Positions 27,248 through 41,200 of a DNA stretch of 64,000 bases are shown one piece after another (positions within the stretch are counted from its first letter, which is position 1; every line of letters begins with the position of its first letter). Made by a program: the position numbers and the translations under genes. Source of the DNA: Nageia nagi. Its lineage: Eukaryota; Plantae; Pinophyta. The stretch lies in the NCBI GenBank assembly GCA_050084985.1, contig JBITNC010000001.1, forward strand, positions 159,836,001 to 159,900,000. The letters run 5' to 3'. The notes under the pieces are model-generated. The model was given only the letters and a program-made list of their open reading frames with translations, made no database searches and had not been told where the DNA came from.

Positions 27248-28012
27248 GGAGCATTGGCATTCAACTTAAGAGCCATCTTTCATTTTATCTCTAGATTTAC
27301 CTTTCCCATCACCACTAGCACCAATTGCAGAGTTCTCCAACAAAACAACAAAGGAATTCAAATAATATTGGTTGAAATAGAGCAACCGAATTGTGTTTGT
27401 TGGGATAACAAGTTTTAGGGAGATGGAGAGAAGTTGACAATGAGTCATTTACATGAGTGGAACCAATCTACAATCTTTATTGTATATGAAATGAATAGCA
27501 CACAAGGCAAGTGGTGATTGGATCTACATGGAAGAAGGAAAAGCCTTTTCTATGATTTTCTTATTTGGTGATCAACATTTTTGGATACATTTAGTGAATT
27601 TGAGGTTCTCCTACACACAAACACTCAACCATCGCACTCGCAAAATCAATTTCTTTGTAGTTGTATAGGAACATTGAAATGTTACTGAAAAGGAAAGCCC
27701 ATCAATACCAAAATGCTGATAAATCAATAGAATTTGGACAAATCTCCATATTCTTCAAATTTGTATTGGAAGACATGAGTCATGCATTTGAGTTCTCTAA
27801 TGGATTTCCAATCAGTAGTCTAGACTTCATCATGTTGTGCTTGCACAACACACCCCAAGATGTAGCATTTTGGGGACCCAATTTTTGCAAATCTGGCAAT
27901 CCAGGATGGATAGAGCTTACAAGTGAGATAGTCCAGATAACTTAAGAGACAATTCTACGACATTTTCAAGATCATGGATAATATGAAGCAATTCATTCGA
28001 CACAGGATCACT

Positions 28013-29318
28013 TGTGATGATCGAAATTTAATTTCAAACACAAACTAGCAATACTGGACCATCAAACCTTGACATCAGGTATAGGGCATCCACCATACAC
28101 AATCAAACCCTCATGCATGCAACATTAGGGTTAGGACATCAATATCACACATTTAGATACCCAAAATGCCAACATCCAGCATATACATGAGAATAGAAAT
28201 ATACAATACACCATAAGGGCAATGTCTGGCAATTACAAGCATATAACAATGAACACCACATCACAATGCCAACGTCTGGCTCATACATAAACAATGAAGC
28301 CTAATCAACCCAACACATGCATAAGTATGAAATACAAAATACACAATGAGATCCAAAGCCCTCTGGTTGTATACGAATGATAAACAATGGATGCAATACA
28401 ATAACAATGCCCAATGGGCAGTTGTTGGCCTCAAGGGAGCCGACTAGGGCACAATGCTCTGAAATCCTCAACATTGAACAACTGTCGAACCACAGGATAG
28501 ACTCACTCCCTCAAATCTTGAATCCTCTCCACTGAAGGAGCCCTCCTCAAATCCTGATGAACCATTGAAGGTAGAAGTAAATCCTTGAAATGTGACCGGA
28601 TGGGCAAGGTGCTCCACCTATGCCATAGATAATCAGGATCCCACTGCCTGACTACCCTCTAGATGCTCTGCCAAGGAATGGATTGCTTAGCACCGCTAAG
28701 ACTTGTGCCCGAAGGTTTGTAGTAAGTGTAATAATAATCAATAGTTATCCAATACTGAAGCTCCAATGTCTATTTATACATTGCTCGTGTTCGAAGCTCA
28801 CCTAGGAGTCATCCTAGGCCCATCTAATCCAATGTTGGGTATTTAGGGGGGCCCAATCACTTAAAGTGCCAACGTGGGGGTAATGACCACTTAAAGTGCC
28901 AACGTGGGGTCCCTAGCACTTAGAGTGCCAACGTGGGGGTCCTGGTGTCCTCAAGAGCCAACTTGGGGGTCATGACCACTTAAAGTGCCAACGTGGGGTC
29001 CTTAGCACTTAGAGTGCCAACGTGCTGGTGTCCTCAAGAGCCAACGTGGGGGTATGGGGCAATCCCCAGTGTGGCGCTAGCATTGTTGGTAGCCGTCCAA
29101 CTCACAACTTGGGATTCCCACAATCTGGGATCTCCAATACAAAACATGCCTAATCCACTACTCAGGAGGGAGATGTCCTACTTGGGGCTCACAATGGGGT
29201 CCACATGACCCATTAACCTCCTATCCTAAGTTACATCAATGCAAATACAAGTACATCAAATATATATAGTACAAGGTGACCAAAATGGTCCCACTAAAAG
29301 TACAAGGGGGATGTCACA
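28013..29318 (-). mobile_element. Solo LTR related to copies A and D
   Basis: TGTGATGA..ATGTCACA flanked by ATCACT direct repeats; homologous to LTR 5284-6489; internal ~30-bp CCAACGTGGG array at 28858-29050. Confidence 0.88.
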
Positions 29319-29599
29319 ATCACTAGGGTATTATGGGCATCCAAGCACCAAACCAATGTTTGTCCAGAGTAATCAAGTGACCAAGCAGATGCTTCCAGTG
29401 ATGGATAGGCAGTATAGATTTTTGATAATAGAGAGTTTGATGACATAAAATGATGAAGAATTCAGTTTCAGGCACATTTGGGTTTTGAACTTTCAGTTTC
29501 GGTTGGAGAAGCTCCCTAGGGGGACAAGATGAAGACATATGAGTGATGCTTCCAAGAAGTGTGGAGTTGAGCATAGACATAGAAAAATGAGTTTTTTTT

Positions 29600-32500
29600 A
29601 AACACGTTGGAATGAAAATCTAAGAGAAAGTTGTCATGCTAAATGATAGAATAAGCACTTTTGCTCTTGGAAAATTCGAAAAATGAGCAAAATTAAGCCT
29701 CTAATTCCTAGGTGCAGGTTTGCCATGTTTTTGATTTTTGCTCAAACATTCCAAATCCTTGAAAACCTGTGCCTACCTTTTGGGAGGCCTAAATTGATCC
29801 AAATTCAATTTTTTTGAGCTTGGGGACATGGCAAATGCAATTTTACATCAAATTGGTCTTTCAAGTTTGCAATTTGGACAAGATTTACCCTCTCAAAAAT
29901 GCAAGAAAAAAAAAAAGAGAAAATAAGAGTTGAGGGCAGCCAATAGGAATGCTTGAAAATTTTCCAAATTTTCAAAATTGCAAAATCAAAAATCTAAGAG
30001 AAAGGTGTGATGCCAAATGTCAAATTAGGCACTTCTGCTCTTGGAAATGTTGCAAAAACACCAAAATTGGCCCTCCCTTGGCTAGGTGCAAGTTGCCAAG
30101 TTTTGGAACTTTTCAAAATTTCAAAAACTCCCCTATGTCCTCCAAAACCAGCGCCTAGCATTCTGAGGCCCCAGTTTTGTCCAAAATCAAAATGTTTTAT
30201 CATAGGAGCATGGAAAATCCATTTTTTCACAAGTTTGATGTTATAAGTTTTCCAAAAAAATGAAATCTACTTCTCCAAAATCATGACAAAGTGGGCAGCC
30301 AACGAGAGAGCTTGAAAAATTTCCCAAATTTTCAAAATTTGCAAAATCAAAATTGGAGAGATAGGTAGGGTGGCAAATAACAAATTGAGCAACTTTGCTC
30401 TTGAAATTATTGAAAAATAAAAAAAAATTGCCCCCCTAATTCCTAGGCGATGGTTTTCCAACTTTTCAAACTTTCAAAAAACTCCCTATTCCTTGCAAAA
30501 CCTGCGCCTAGCCTTTTTGCCCCCCAAAATTTGTCAAAATTGCTTTTTTTTTTTTTCCTTCATGGGCTAGGAGGTGTGATTCTACACCATTTTGGTCTTC
30601 CAAGTGTGCAATTTGGACAAGAAAAACTCCTTGAAACCATGGATTTGTCCTCCAAAATGAAGAAAAGATGAAAAAGATCAAGTATTTGGATATTTTTCAA
30701 AAAGTTCAAATTTTAGAATCCAAATGTGAAACATGGATATGAAAGAGCATGCAGAAACCTCAAACTTTGCCTCTTGAAGCATGCAAATTGATCCAAACCT
30801 CCTCCTTCCATTCCTAGGCATAGGTTTGGCACGATTTGAAACTTTTGGCCATTTTTCCAACATTGGGTATGAGGAGAAAACTTTAAAAATGCAAAAATAT
30901 GCCTTTTAGGGTTAGTGTGGTGTTGAAATGTGGCATATTTTGACCCTAAAGTCTATAAATACATCCTCACTCCTCCATTTTCCACATGATTGTCATTTAT
31001 TTTGAAGAATTGGAGAGCTAAACAAGGAGATAAACCCAACTTTCAGCCTTGCAGCAAGATTTGGAGCCTTGAGACCATTAGCCAAACACCTTACCATCAC
31101 CAAACTCCAAGATCCTAAAGTATTCTATCACTTATATCCACGTTTTTCAAGATTTTTGAGAATTTATGCTCCCAAACCCTTGAAAAATAACTTTTTCAGA
31201 TATCAACTTGGATTAAATATTTGAATACCTTGGAGCAAGATTTGGAACCTTGAGACCATAGCCAAACACCTTACCATCACCAAACTCCAAGATCCTAAAG
31301 TATTCTATCACTTATATCCACGTTTTTCAAGATTTTTGAGAATTTATGCTCCCAAACCCTTGAAAATAACTTTTTCAGATATCAACTTGGATTAAATATT
31401 TGAATACCTTGGAGCAAGATTTGGAACCTTGAGACCATAGCCAAACACCTTACCATCACCAAACTCCAAGATCCTAAGGTATTCTATCATTTATATCCAT
31501 TTTTTCAAAATTTTTGAGGATTTATGCTTCAAAACCCCATTTTCCAATATCCCAAACCCTTGAAAAATATTTTTTTCAGATTTCAACATGGATTACATAT
31601 TTGGATACCCATTACCCTTGGGATCATTTTTAATTTCAGCCAAAAAAACACAAAAATTCCAAGATCCAAGATCTGAGTGCCTAAAATCCAAATATTTTCG
31701 AAAAAATTTCAAAAAATCCATGAAAATTTTCAAAGTTCTCTAAAAAGTGTTCTTTAAGTTAGAATTGGTCATTTCAAAAGCTAAAACACCTTCCCTACTC
31801 ATTCCCCATCTACCAAAGGTGTTAGAAACCAAATCCGACATCATTTGACCATTTTTTCAAATTTGTCTCCTTGGCAAAATTATGAAAAGGTCTGTATTTT
31901 TTCCAGCAAGCTCTATTTTTGAGCTAAAATCTCGAAAAATCTTCCAAAATCCCAAATTTTCCTAAAAGTCTTTCCAAAGCACTTCCCCCTTAGAGTTAGT
32001 TACCCTACTATCATTCCAATTTCACTCTAAATGCCTCACAACTTCGCAATTTTGGTTCACCTTCGATGATGGCACACTTAGGAAAAATTCCAAAAAAATC
32101 CAAAATTTCCAAAATTCCTCTTTTTGCCCAGAAAGTGCCAAATACTTGTTAGGACTCTCCTAACACTGTGTTGTTCACTTAACGGGGACAAAATGGTGTT
32201 AGTTGCACAAAATATCAAACACCGGAAGCAAAGAAGGCTCAAGATGGAGAGCCACATCACCCTTGAACATACTACAGAGCCGGTGATGCCCATGGCGGAG
32301 TTCACAGACCGTCTGAGTGATATTGGAGATACCGATTGTAACTCCTTGGATCCAATCAAAACATTGACAAAGATACAATTTATGGATCCTGCCACGCTAG
32401 TAAATGACACATTGAGAACATCTTTGCTAGTAATGACATCCATGGTGCCATTTGCCTCACGCTTCCCGAAGTTGTGTTCATTTTTCAATTCTTTGTGAAT
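29600..32500 (+). mobile_element. Degraded large-LTR (Ogre/Tat-like) retroelement segment
   Basis: AT-rich repeats carrying gcgcctag/ctaggtgc motifs shared with LTR 38287-42260; TATA at ~30953; downstream unknown ORF 32124-32498. Confidence 0.55.
31055..31610. repeat. Tandem triplication of a ~180-bp unit
   Basis: gcaagatttggaaccttgagaccatagccaaacaccttacc starts at ~31055, 31235 and 31414; the first two copies are nearly identical. Confidence 0.92.
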
Positions 32501-32689
32501 CCGCTAAACTTGCAAGGTATCTTGAATGTTCCTATACCTCTCTATAGTGTCGAGGGACATATGTAGATATGATGAGTCCCATGTTTTGTTGAAAAAGCGT
32601 CAATCACTCTATCAGGATCATAATGATCTGTGGCCACCTCAATCTAGAACTAATAAAGTGCTAACTCCTCAATCAGGCTGATTTGACGC

Positions 32690-35600
32690 CAAGTAGTGCA
32701 CTCATATTTTCCAATGAACCAAAATGAGCATATTTAGATAACCAATCAACCACCACTAGAATAACTGATTTACCATGAGATTTAGGAAAGCCTTCAATGA
32801 AATCCATTGAGATATCGGTCCATGTACAAGTAGGTATGGGGAGAGGTTGAAGGAGTCCCGAAGTACCCATTGTCTCACCCTTTTGTCTTTGACACACATC
32901 ACAAGCTGCCACAAACTATTTGATATCCAATTTCATACCTGTCCAATAGAATGACCGCGCCACTCGCTTATAGGTTTTAAAAAATCCTTCATTTCTTGAT
33001 GTAGGTGTGGAATGCAATTCGGCAAGTATTTCTGATTTACATTTTGAAGGAGACGGTAACAAAATTCGACCTTTGAATCTCAAAATACCATCATGCCATG
33101 TATGGTGTGGTTTACTCGTAGGGTCTTGAGTGATCTGTTTTATTAATTCTTGGGTGGAGCTATCCTTTGCCCACTCTTGTTTAACTTTATCCAACCATTG
33201 AGGAATAGGAGATGAAAGAGCTTGCTGTGCTACTTGATCTTCAAATTTTCTGGACAAAGCATCGACAACCACATTCTCCTTACCTTTACAGTATACTATC
33301 TCATAATCATACCCTAGTCGTTTGGTCACCCATTTTTGTTGCTCAGGCGTAGAAATGCGTTGCTCAACGAAAAATTTCAAACTATGATGATCTATGAAGA
33401 TAATGAAATGGCGACCAATGAGATATGGTCTCCAATGTTGAACTGCATGAATGATGGCAAGCATTTCTTTTTCATAAGTGGATTTGCCCAAATTTTTTCC
33501 AAAGAGTGCTCTACTATTGAATGCCAAGGGATGCCCTTCCTGCATTAATACTGCCCCGATCCCTACTTCACAAGCATCAATTTCTATCACAAAGGTTTTA
33601 GAAAAATATGGCATCGCTAATACCGGGTGGTACACTGCCTCCTTGAGCTTAATGAAAGTTGCCTCAGCTTGAGGGGACCATTGGAAAGCATTCTTTTTCA
33701 ACAACATGGTTAGGGGTGCTGCAATTTTGCCATAATCCTTCACAAATTTCCGATAATAGCCTGTCAACCCTAAGAATCCTCGAAGACTTTTCAAAGATTT
33801 AGGAATAGACCAATTCTGCATGTCAATAATCTTTTGTGGATCCACCTTAACTCCCTCTTCAGATATAACATGGCCTAAGTAATCAATTTCCCTCTTGCCG
33901 AATGAGCATTTTGATTTTTTTGCATATAGCTGGTGTTCCTTCAAGATTTGTAGGGTTTGGTCAACATATGCCACATGTTCTTGCCATGTCTTACTGTAGA
34001 TCAAGATATCATCAAAGAAAAGTAAAATGAACTTCTTGAGGAACGGATGAAACACTTGATTCATTAAACTTTGAAATGTGGATGGAGCATTTGTGAGGCC
34101 AAAAGGCATGACCAAGAACTCATAATGGCCCTCATAGGTGCGAAATGCAGTTTTTGGTATATCCTCCTCCTTGAAACGAATTTGGTGATACCTAGATCGT
34201 AGGTCCAACTTGGAAAAATATCTTGCCCATGCAGTTCATCCAATAATTCATCAATGATTGGTATGGGAAATTTGTCCTTGATTGTAATTTTGTTGAGGGC
34301 CCTGAAATCCACACACATATGCCATGAACAATCTTTCTTATGAACCAATATAATTGGAGAAAAATATGGGCTTACACTAGGTCGGATTACTCTTGCATCC
34401 AACAATTCCTTAACCAATTTTTCAATTTCATTTTTTGTAAGCAAAGATACCGATAAAGACGAATGTTTGGTGGGTGACTTCCCGGCACCAACTAGATAGC
34501 ATGATCATGTCATCGCTGGGGTGGTAAGCCCATTGGTTCCTCAAAGGTACTTGAATACTTACTTAAGATGGGCTACAGATCCTTAGGCTCTATGATTTCA
34601 GATTTGGTGATTGATAAGGAGTGTAACTGTGCCAACATCCCTTTTCCAATTTTTCGTAGGATCTTTTCCATGCGATGTGAGCTCACAATTTGTACAGATC
34701 CACCCTGTAATCCCCTGAGAGTATGCTCTTATACATCTATTTTGAAGGTCATCCATAGCTCTGCAAAATTCCACTGTACGATGCCCAAAGTCCTCAACCA
34801 TTGTACTCCCAAAACTATATCTCATCCCCCAAGTGGTAAAGCGTACATGTCACTTTTCAAAGTATAGTGGTCCATGCTCAGTTTGACATTGTGACATGTG
34901 CCTTTACATGCTATTTTTCCTCCATTACCAAGCATAACCTCAAAATTATTTGTAGGATGTATGTAACAATCAGCAACCTTAGCCACTCGTGGATCAATGA
35001 AATTATGAGTACTTCCTGAATCCAACAATATTATAAGAGGGCACTTTTTAAAAAACCCTTTGACCTTCATAGTTTGAGGGGTGGTAATTCCTGCCAATGC
35101 ATTGTAAGAGATAATCGGGGCCTCCTAATCTGGAATTTCCTCTGTAGCTTTTTCGGCTACACTCTCATATTCCTCCTCACTAGGAGCATCAACATCAAGC
35201 AGATATAACTTTTGTTGTGTACAACAATGACCACGAACAAATTTCTCATCACAATTATAGCACAAGCTCTTCTTTCGACGTTCTTCCATTTCCTCCCACA
35301 TTAACTTCTTAGTTTGCATTGTGCGATTTGGTGGTGTGGCACTTGTGTTATTAGAGGAATGAGAAATATTATGTGTTTTGGTGAATGAAGGTCTTGCATT
35401 TCGTCAATGAGCACTGGCTTTATCTTCAGTGAGTTTTGTCAAGGCAATAACATCCATCATAGTTTTGGGATTAAACATTTTGACCTCTTGTTTAATTTCT
35501 TCCTTTAAGCCACTGATAAAACAACTTGTGAAAAATGCATCGTCCAACCCTTGTGTGATTGGCCAATTTCTCAAACTGATTTTGGTATTCTTTGACTGTG

Positions 35601-36165
35601 GTAGTTTGACGTAGCTTGGTCAATGCCCTTGTGAAATCTTCATAGTCACTAAGACCAAAACGGATCAATAATTTTTGAGTGAATTCATCCCATGATGAGC
35701 AAGATGCGTCTTTGAGTACCACTGGTGCCATTGGAGAGCCTCACGGTCCAAATGAAAAGTTGCCATGCGCACCTTCAGATCCTTTGGGATTTGGTTCAAT
35801 GTGAAATACTGACCAGTCTTATAAATCCAGCCAGTGGAATTATCTCCATCAAATCGGGGAAAATCTAATTTGGTTGTGCGCAGAAGAATGAAACCACCCT
35901 GTTGGCTATGAAAATTATGATGATACCCTTGTTGATTTCTTGACTGCCTTGATTGCTGTGAACTGGATGCATTGTTGGTATGACTAAGACTTAGTTGAAC
36001 ACTGTCACATTTACTGTCAAGGGTCTATATTTGGGTTTGTATTTGTCGGATTTTTGCCCTGAATGTACTGGTAAGTGTATCTGCCATTTGTTGGATCATA
36101 GTTTGAAAGGTCATCATGGTAGGATCAGCTTGTGTTGCTGTTTGGGATCTTGTTTCAGGTGCCAT
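32690..36165 (-). pseudogene. Gypsy gag-pol with stops and frameshifts
   Basis: ORFs 35492-35731, 35125-35319, 34822-35097, 34064-34444, 32916-34208 and 32673-32912. Confidence 0.92.
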
Positions 36166-37366
36166 TTCTGAAAACTGCTATTTCTGAAGCTGATATTTCT
36201 GGAAACTGCTATTTTTAGAAACTGTTATTTTTAGAAGTGCCCGAAAAAATGTATGGGTGTAACATATCAAAACGGTTAGCTCGAAAAGACGATCACAATG
36301 GGCTAGGTCTCCCAATGATGATGATGGTTGTAATGTATCTTTTATTTTTATTTTTTTACATCTGTGGGTCTATTTCCTTTTGTCAAAAACTACTGAAACG
36401 GTCCAAATTTTTAGTTATTTGGCTCTGAAGTTTTTGCTGCCTCTGAACTGCTATTTTTGGCGGCTTTGAAAAACTGCATCTCATACATTTTGCTTTCCGA
36501 ATCAAGGTTTTTTGTGTAAAGAAATGATTCTAGGTTAAGGATTATCTGCTCTATAGGCTTGTCTAAACACCTCTCCTATCCAACTTTCACAAGGAAAGAG
36601 GCTGCGGAGATGGCTTCTGTGACAAGTAACTTTCCAGCGGCACTTGCTAGTGCACTACAGTTTACAGACGGTCGACACAACTTCCTACCTAATTTCAGTT
36701 TATAGCCTAGATAGTCTCCAATATACCTTTCGGTACGTGGAGTCTAATTCCGCATAGGGTTCTATCTGAGGCTTGGGTATTGGTGCAGAGTTTTTTGCAC
36801 CTCCACACAGCTTTATGGGCAAGTGTGCTTAGCCAAAAACGACAGATCCTTCTAGATATTTTAAAACCTCTGGTACAGGGTTTCTAGCTTAGACCTCTAA
36901 GAATTTTTTGTTTTTTTTGTTTTCCTGTAGCAGAATGGCCTTGGAAAGAGCTCTGATACCAAATGTTACAATACTACAAATATGAAAAGGGAAATATTGC
37001 AGAAATGAAACAAATATGGAATTGAAACAGGAAAATGACAACTATTTATTGCAAATAATAGAGCATGCACTGGTAAATAGAACACGAAATAGCATCAATA
37101 AGCAGATAAGGATAGGATTTTACTGAATAGTAACAGAATCACAGGCTGCTTTGAGGGAGCTACCTCCTTACAACTCCAAAGGTGAAAAATAATGTTCAAG
37201 ATGCCTTTCTCCACATACTTCTATCTATTTATAATAAACTAACCCTAACCCTAATAGTAATGCAAAATCGGGCTCCGCCCTTACAGTCACAATATTACAA
37301 TATAGGCTGACAATTTAATAAAATACTAATACTAACACTAAAATGTTAGGATGTGGGATCCTAACA
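32690..37366 (-). mobile_element. Ty3/Gypsy LTR retrotransposon (chromovirus-like), 3'-truncated within integrase
   Basis: 5' LTR 36964-37366; iMet PBS 36950-36961; gag KLDFPRFDG, LCYNCDEKF; protease LLDSGSTHNFID; RT FFDDILIYS; RNase H DACEVGIGAVL; integrase WTDISMDFIEG. Confidence 0.95.
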
Positions 37367-38286
37367 ACACATCGTATCATCATGCCAAAGGCGTATGAAC
37401 ATCATGTGTTCATTCAACAATCTTTTGGTCCAATATCAATCATTTATTTTACTTGGCTCGGCTCTTCAAGCTATTAGATCATTAATAATGAAGAAAATGG
37501 GCATATCCCAATCGTCCAATGAAGTAGAGATGGGACTTGGTCTATTAAACAACTTTGAGCTCCCTTCCATGCATTGCTTAATTTGCACCACATGGCACTT
37601 CCTAAGAGTGTCGATTTGCCTCAAACAAGAAGATGGGCCACTTCGGCCTTGCCATTTGCATGCACATGTAAATTAAGCTACAAGTTGTTAATAAAAATAT
37701 GTGGAAGGTCAACTTCCTTATCTATGTCAATTTTTGGTCATAATCGTAAACTTAATCTAAATGAATCATTACAGCTATACCTCAAACAAGATGTTGAACT
37801 CACTAGATTCAAGAAACCAAGAGAATTGTACAAATGGCTAACTCAATATGATAAGAACGATACGAATATTCATTTGCTGCAAGGACGCCTAGTTATTATA
37901 TGCTATAGAGAATGAAAATTCAATGACGAGGGAAAACCTCTGTTCTGAAACAGTCTTGAAAATCCAAGGCCAAGCTATGACATGATTTCATATTTCAAAA
38001 AAAATTTCATGCCCTGCATTGCATTGTTCCTTATTAAGTGAACATTTGGATAAGATGAGTACACAATTCCAATTAGCATACCATCAAGCAGATCTACAAA
38101 ATCCATATTTAACATCTTTAAACATAAATGTAAGAACAATAAGTGCAATTCCCCTAGAAAAACACCTATCAATGTTATTCCAAAACCTTTAAAGGAACTT
38201 CTAACAGTTAGGACACAAGTCAAAACCCTGAAGATAATGCCTTTAAGAAAGTTTATTCAACATCAACCTAGAGTTCACAAGGTAAG

Positions 38287-41200
38287 TGTTGAAATGGAAA
38301 CCTTTCCTCTTACTCGACGATCGCCCATACAATCAAGATGGGAAAGCGACCCAGCATGTAGGTGAGAACGCGTTACTGAACTCCTCTTGTAAGAACTAAT
38401 ACCCCAAGGTTTCTATCGGAAAGCTTGTGTCGTTAATATGAGCTTTAAATTGTGTAAGTCTTGTTAGGGAATCAACTGAGTGGTATAGTAGAGGTAATAA
38501 TTGTTAACTCATATTTGTTGTAGGGACTGAGGTGTTTTATCTTGGAATAGTTCGAAAGTTGCTATAAGTTTAAAGAAAGTGTAAAATAAAGAAAAGAAAT
38601 GGGGACGTGAATGTTTCGATACTGGTGAGATGACAAAGAAAAGGTCACAGTGAAGCAATGTCTAAGGTTTCTCACTTCTCGATCATTCAAGAAGTCTCAT
38701 TCAAAGTCCTCCAACCTAACAATAAAATAACCTAAGTTCAATCTATTATTAAGAGGAGCGGGGAGGAGAGCTGACTGTCGATACTCTGCAAGCAGGACCA
38801 ATGCAATCAAAAGAAAGACACGACACAACAAATGCGCACAAACTTTGTTTCGAATGAGGAAATCTAATTTGATGTCATAGAAAGAAAAAAAGCTCAAAAT
38901 ACATTCACTTACTATGCAAATTATGGATGGGCAACAATTTGGGAATGATTCAAAAACTTTTAAAAAATTTCAATTGTTTTTCTAAAATTCGAAAATTTTC
39001 AAGGAAAAGCATGAAATCTTCTAAATCATCTCAAAAAGCTCCAAAATGGTCAAATCCATAATCTCACAAATGACAAATCTTTTTGTTTCAAGTATTCCAC
39101 CATTTTGTATTAAATTTGTGCGAAAATTACAAAGATACATCAATTTGCCAATTTTTCACAAATTTGCACTAAAAACATTCTACCTCAAAAGTGACCTCCT
39201 ATTGCCTATTTAGACTTTTTAGGTCAAATTTGAGGGTGTTGCCCTAATTCTTAAAAAACCTTTAAAATGCTAATTTGAATACTAAATTGAGATTACAATG
39301 TCCTTTTAGTGGGAGAACAATACTCATCCCACTAAAATATGCTTGAAATAAAATATTTACAAAAATCGATGCCATCTGGCATGGATTTTGAGGCATTTTG
39401 CATCAATTTGGCAAAATTTGAAGCTTCAAATGATCGTTTTGAATTCTTTTTTCATTCTTCTGAGCTCCTTCTTTCTCTGAATCTGAATTTGCCCTTGATG
39501 TGATCATTGTGGCAAATTTTCAAGGAATTATGAGAGGATTTTTCGAAAAGTGGATTTTTGGTCTATTTTTCGAAAAAGATGGGGGGGGGTTCGAAATTTG
39601 GAAAATTTTTAAAAAATGGATTTGAGCTCATGGATGGATGGAGGATAGGATTATAAGGTACTTGGCAAGTTTTGAGAGGTTTTGGGGCTTTTAGGAGGTT
39701 TTGAGAAAAATTTGAAGTTTTTGGCAAAATTTTCGATTTTCATGTCTATGGATTTTTTTTTTTTTTGGTAGAAAAAAGTGAAAATTTCCATAGGAATGAA
39801 AAATGCCTCCTAGATTTTTGAGCACTTAAACTTGCTCAAATCTGAAAATTTCAAAGTTTAAATGTGCTTAGAATAAGCCCCTCCATGCTATGAAACCATA
39901 AAATTCGATTTTTGAGCAAATTTTGACATTCCTCTCAAGGTAGGCGCTAGTTTTCACTTGTATGAATTTCCAATGGGCTGAAAAATTGCACCTTCCTTTT
40001 TGAGGGGTTTCCATCGCTCAAAATCAAAATTTTCAGGTGTTAAATGTGTTCAAAATGCCCATTTCCTTGAAATGAAGTGGTTAAATTTGAGTTTTGATCA
40101 AAATTTGTGGATCTTCAAACAACACCAAACCTATGCCTAGTTATTTGAGCCCCAAACTTGCTCAAAAATGAAAATTTTCAAGTTTAAATGTGCTTAGAAT
40201 GGGGTCTTTTATCCATATATGCCTTCAAATTTGGTTTTTAATCAAAAATGAATTTTCCTCCTTGACTTGGGCGCCAAATATCACTTCATTGGAATTCCAT
40301 TGGCATGAAAACATACGCCTATGCTTTTGGGGCATTTCCTTTGCTCAAAAGTGAAATTTTGTAGATCTAAACCTTTTTGAAATAACCTTTTCCTTGCTCC
40401 CAAACCCTCAAACTTGATTTTTGGATAAAATTTTTCTTTTCTCCTCATGCGAGGTGCCAAAAATCATCCCATTGGATTTCCATAGCCATGAAAACATGCG
40501 CCTAGCCTTTTTGAGCCTCAAACCTTGCTCAAATTCGAAAAATTGAAGGTTTAAATTTGCTAGAAATCATCATTTTCACCTAACGGACACCTCAAACTTG
40601 ATTTTTGATGAATTTTGCACTTCTCCCTCCAAGTTAGGCGCAAGGTTTTCACTCCTATGGATTTAGAAAAATCAAGAAAACTGCGCCTAGCTTTTAGGTG
40701 CTCAAAAATAGCTTAAACTCGATTTTTCCAAGACCTAAATGTGCTCAAAATCACCTTTTTGACCCAATGAACCCCTCAAACTTGTGTTTTGATCAAAATT
40801 TATCAATTTTTTTCATTCTAGGCGCCATTTTTCACTCCATTGGATTTCCATAGCCTTGAAAACCTGCGCCTAGCCTTTAGGGTGCTCAAAATCGAAAATT
40901 TTGAGACCTAAATGTGCTTAGAATGGTTTCTTCCTTATTCCCAAGCATCTAAACCTGTTTTTTGAGCAAAAAGCACTTCATCTTGTCAATATAGGCGCCA
41001 AAAATCAGCCCAGTGAATTTGGAATCATTTGGAAACTTGCGCCTAGGAATTTGGGGGTCTAAACTTGCTCAAAATAAAAAATTTTAAGACCTAAAGTGCC
41101 TTAGAACCATCATTTCCACCCATATATGCATTTCCATTTGAATTTCGATGCATTTCCACTTTTTCTCCACAATCTAGGCGCCAAAAATCATCTTTATGGA

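Noticed and set aside
37241-37254. aaccctaaccctaa as an interstitial telomere
   Set aside because: Only two units inside an LTR; telobox-like motifs are common there.
37395-38223. Short ORFs as a host gene or transposase
   Set aside because: No recognisable motif or consistent splice structure.
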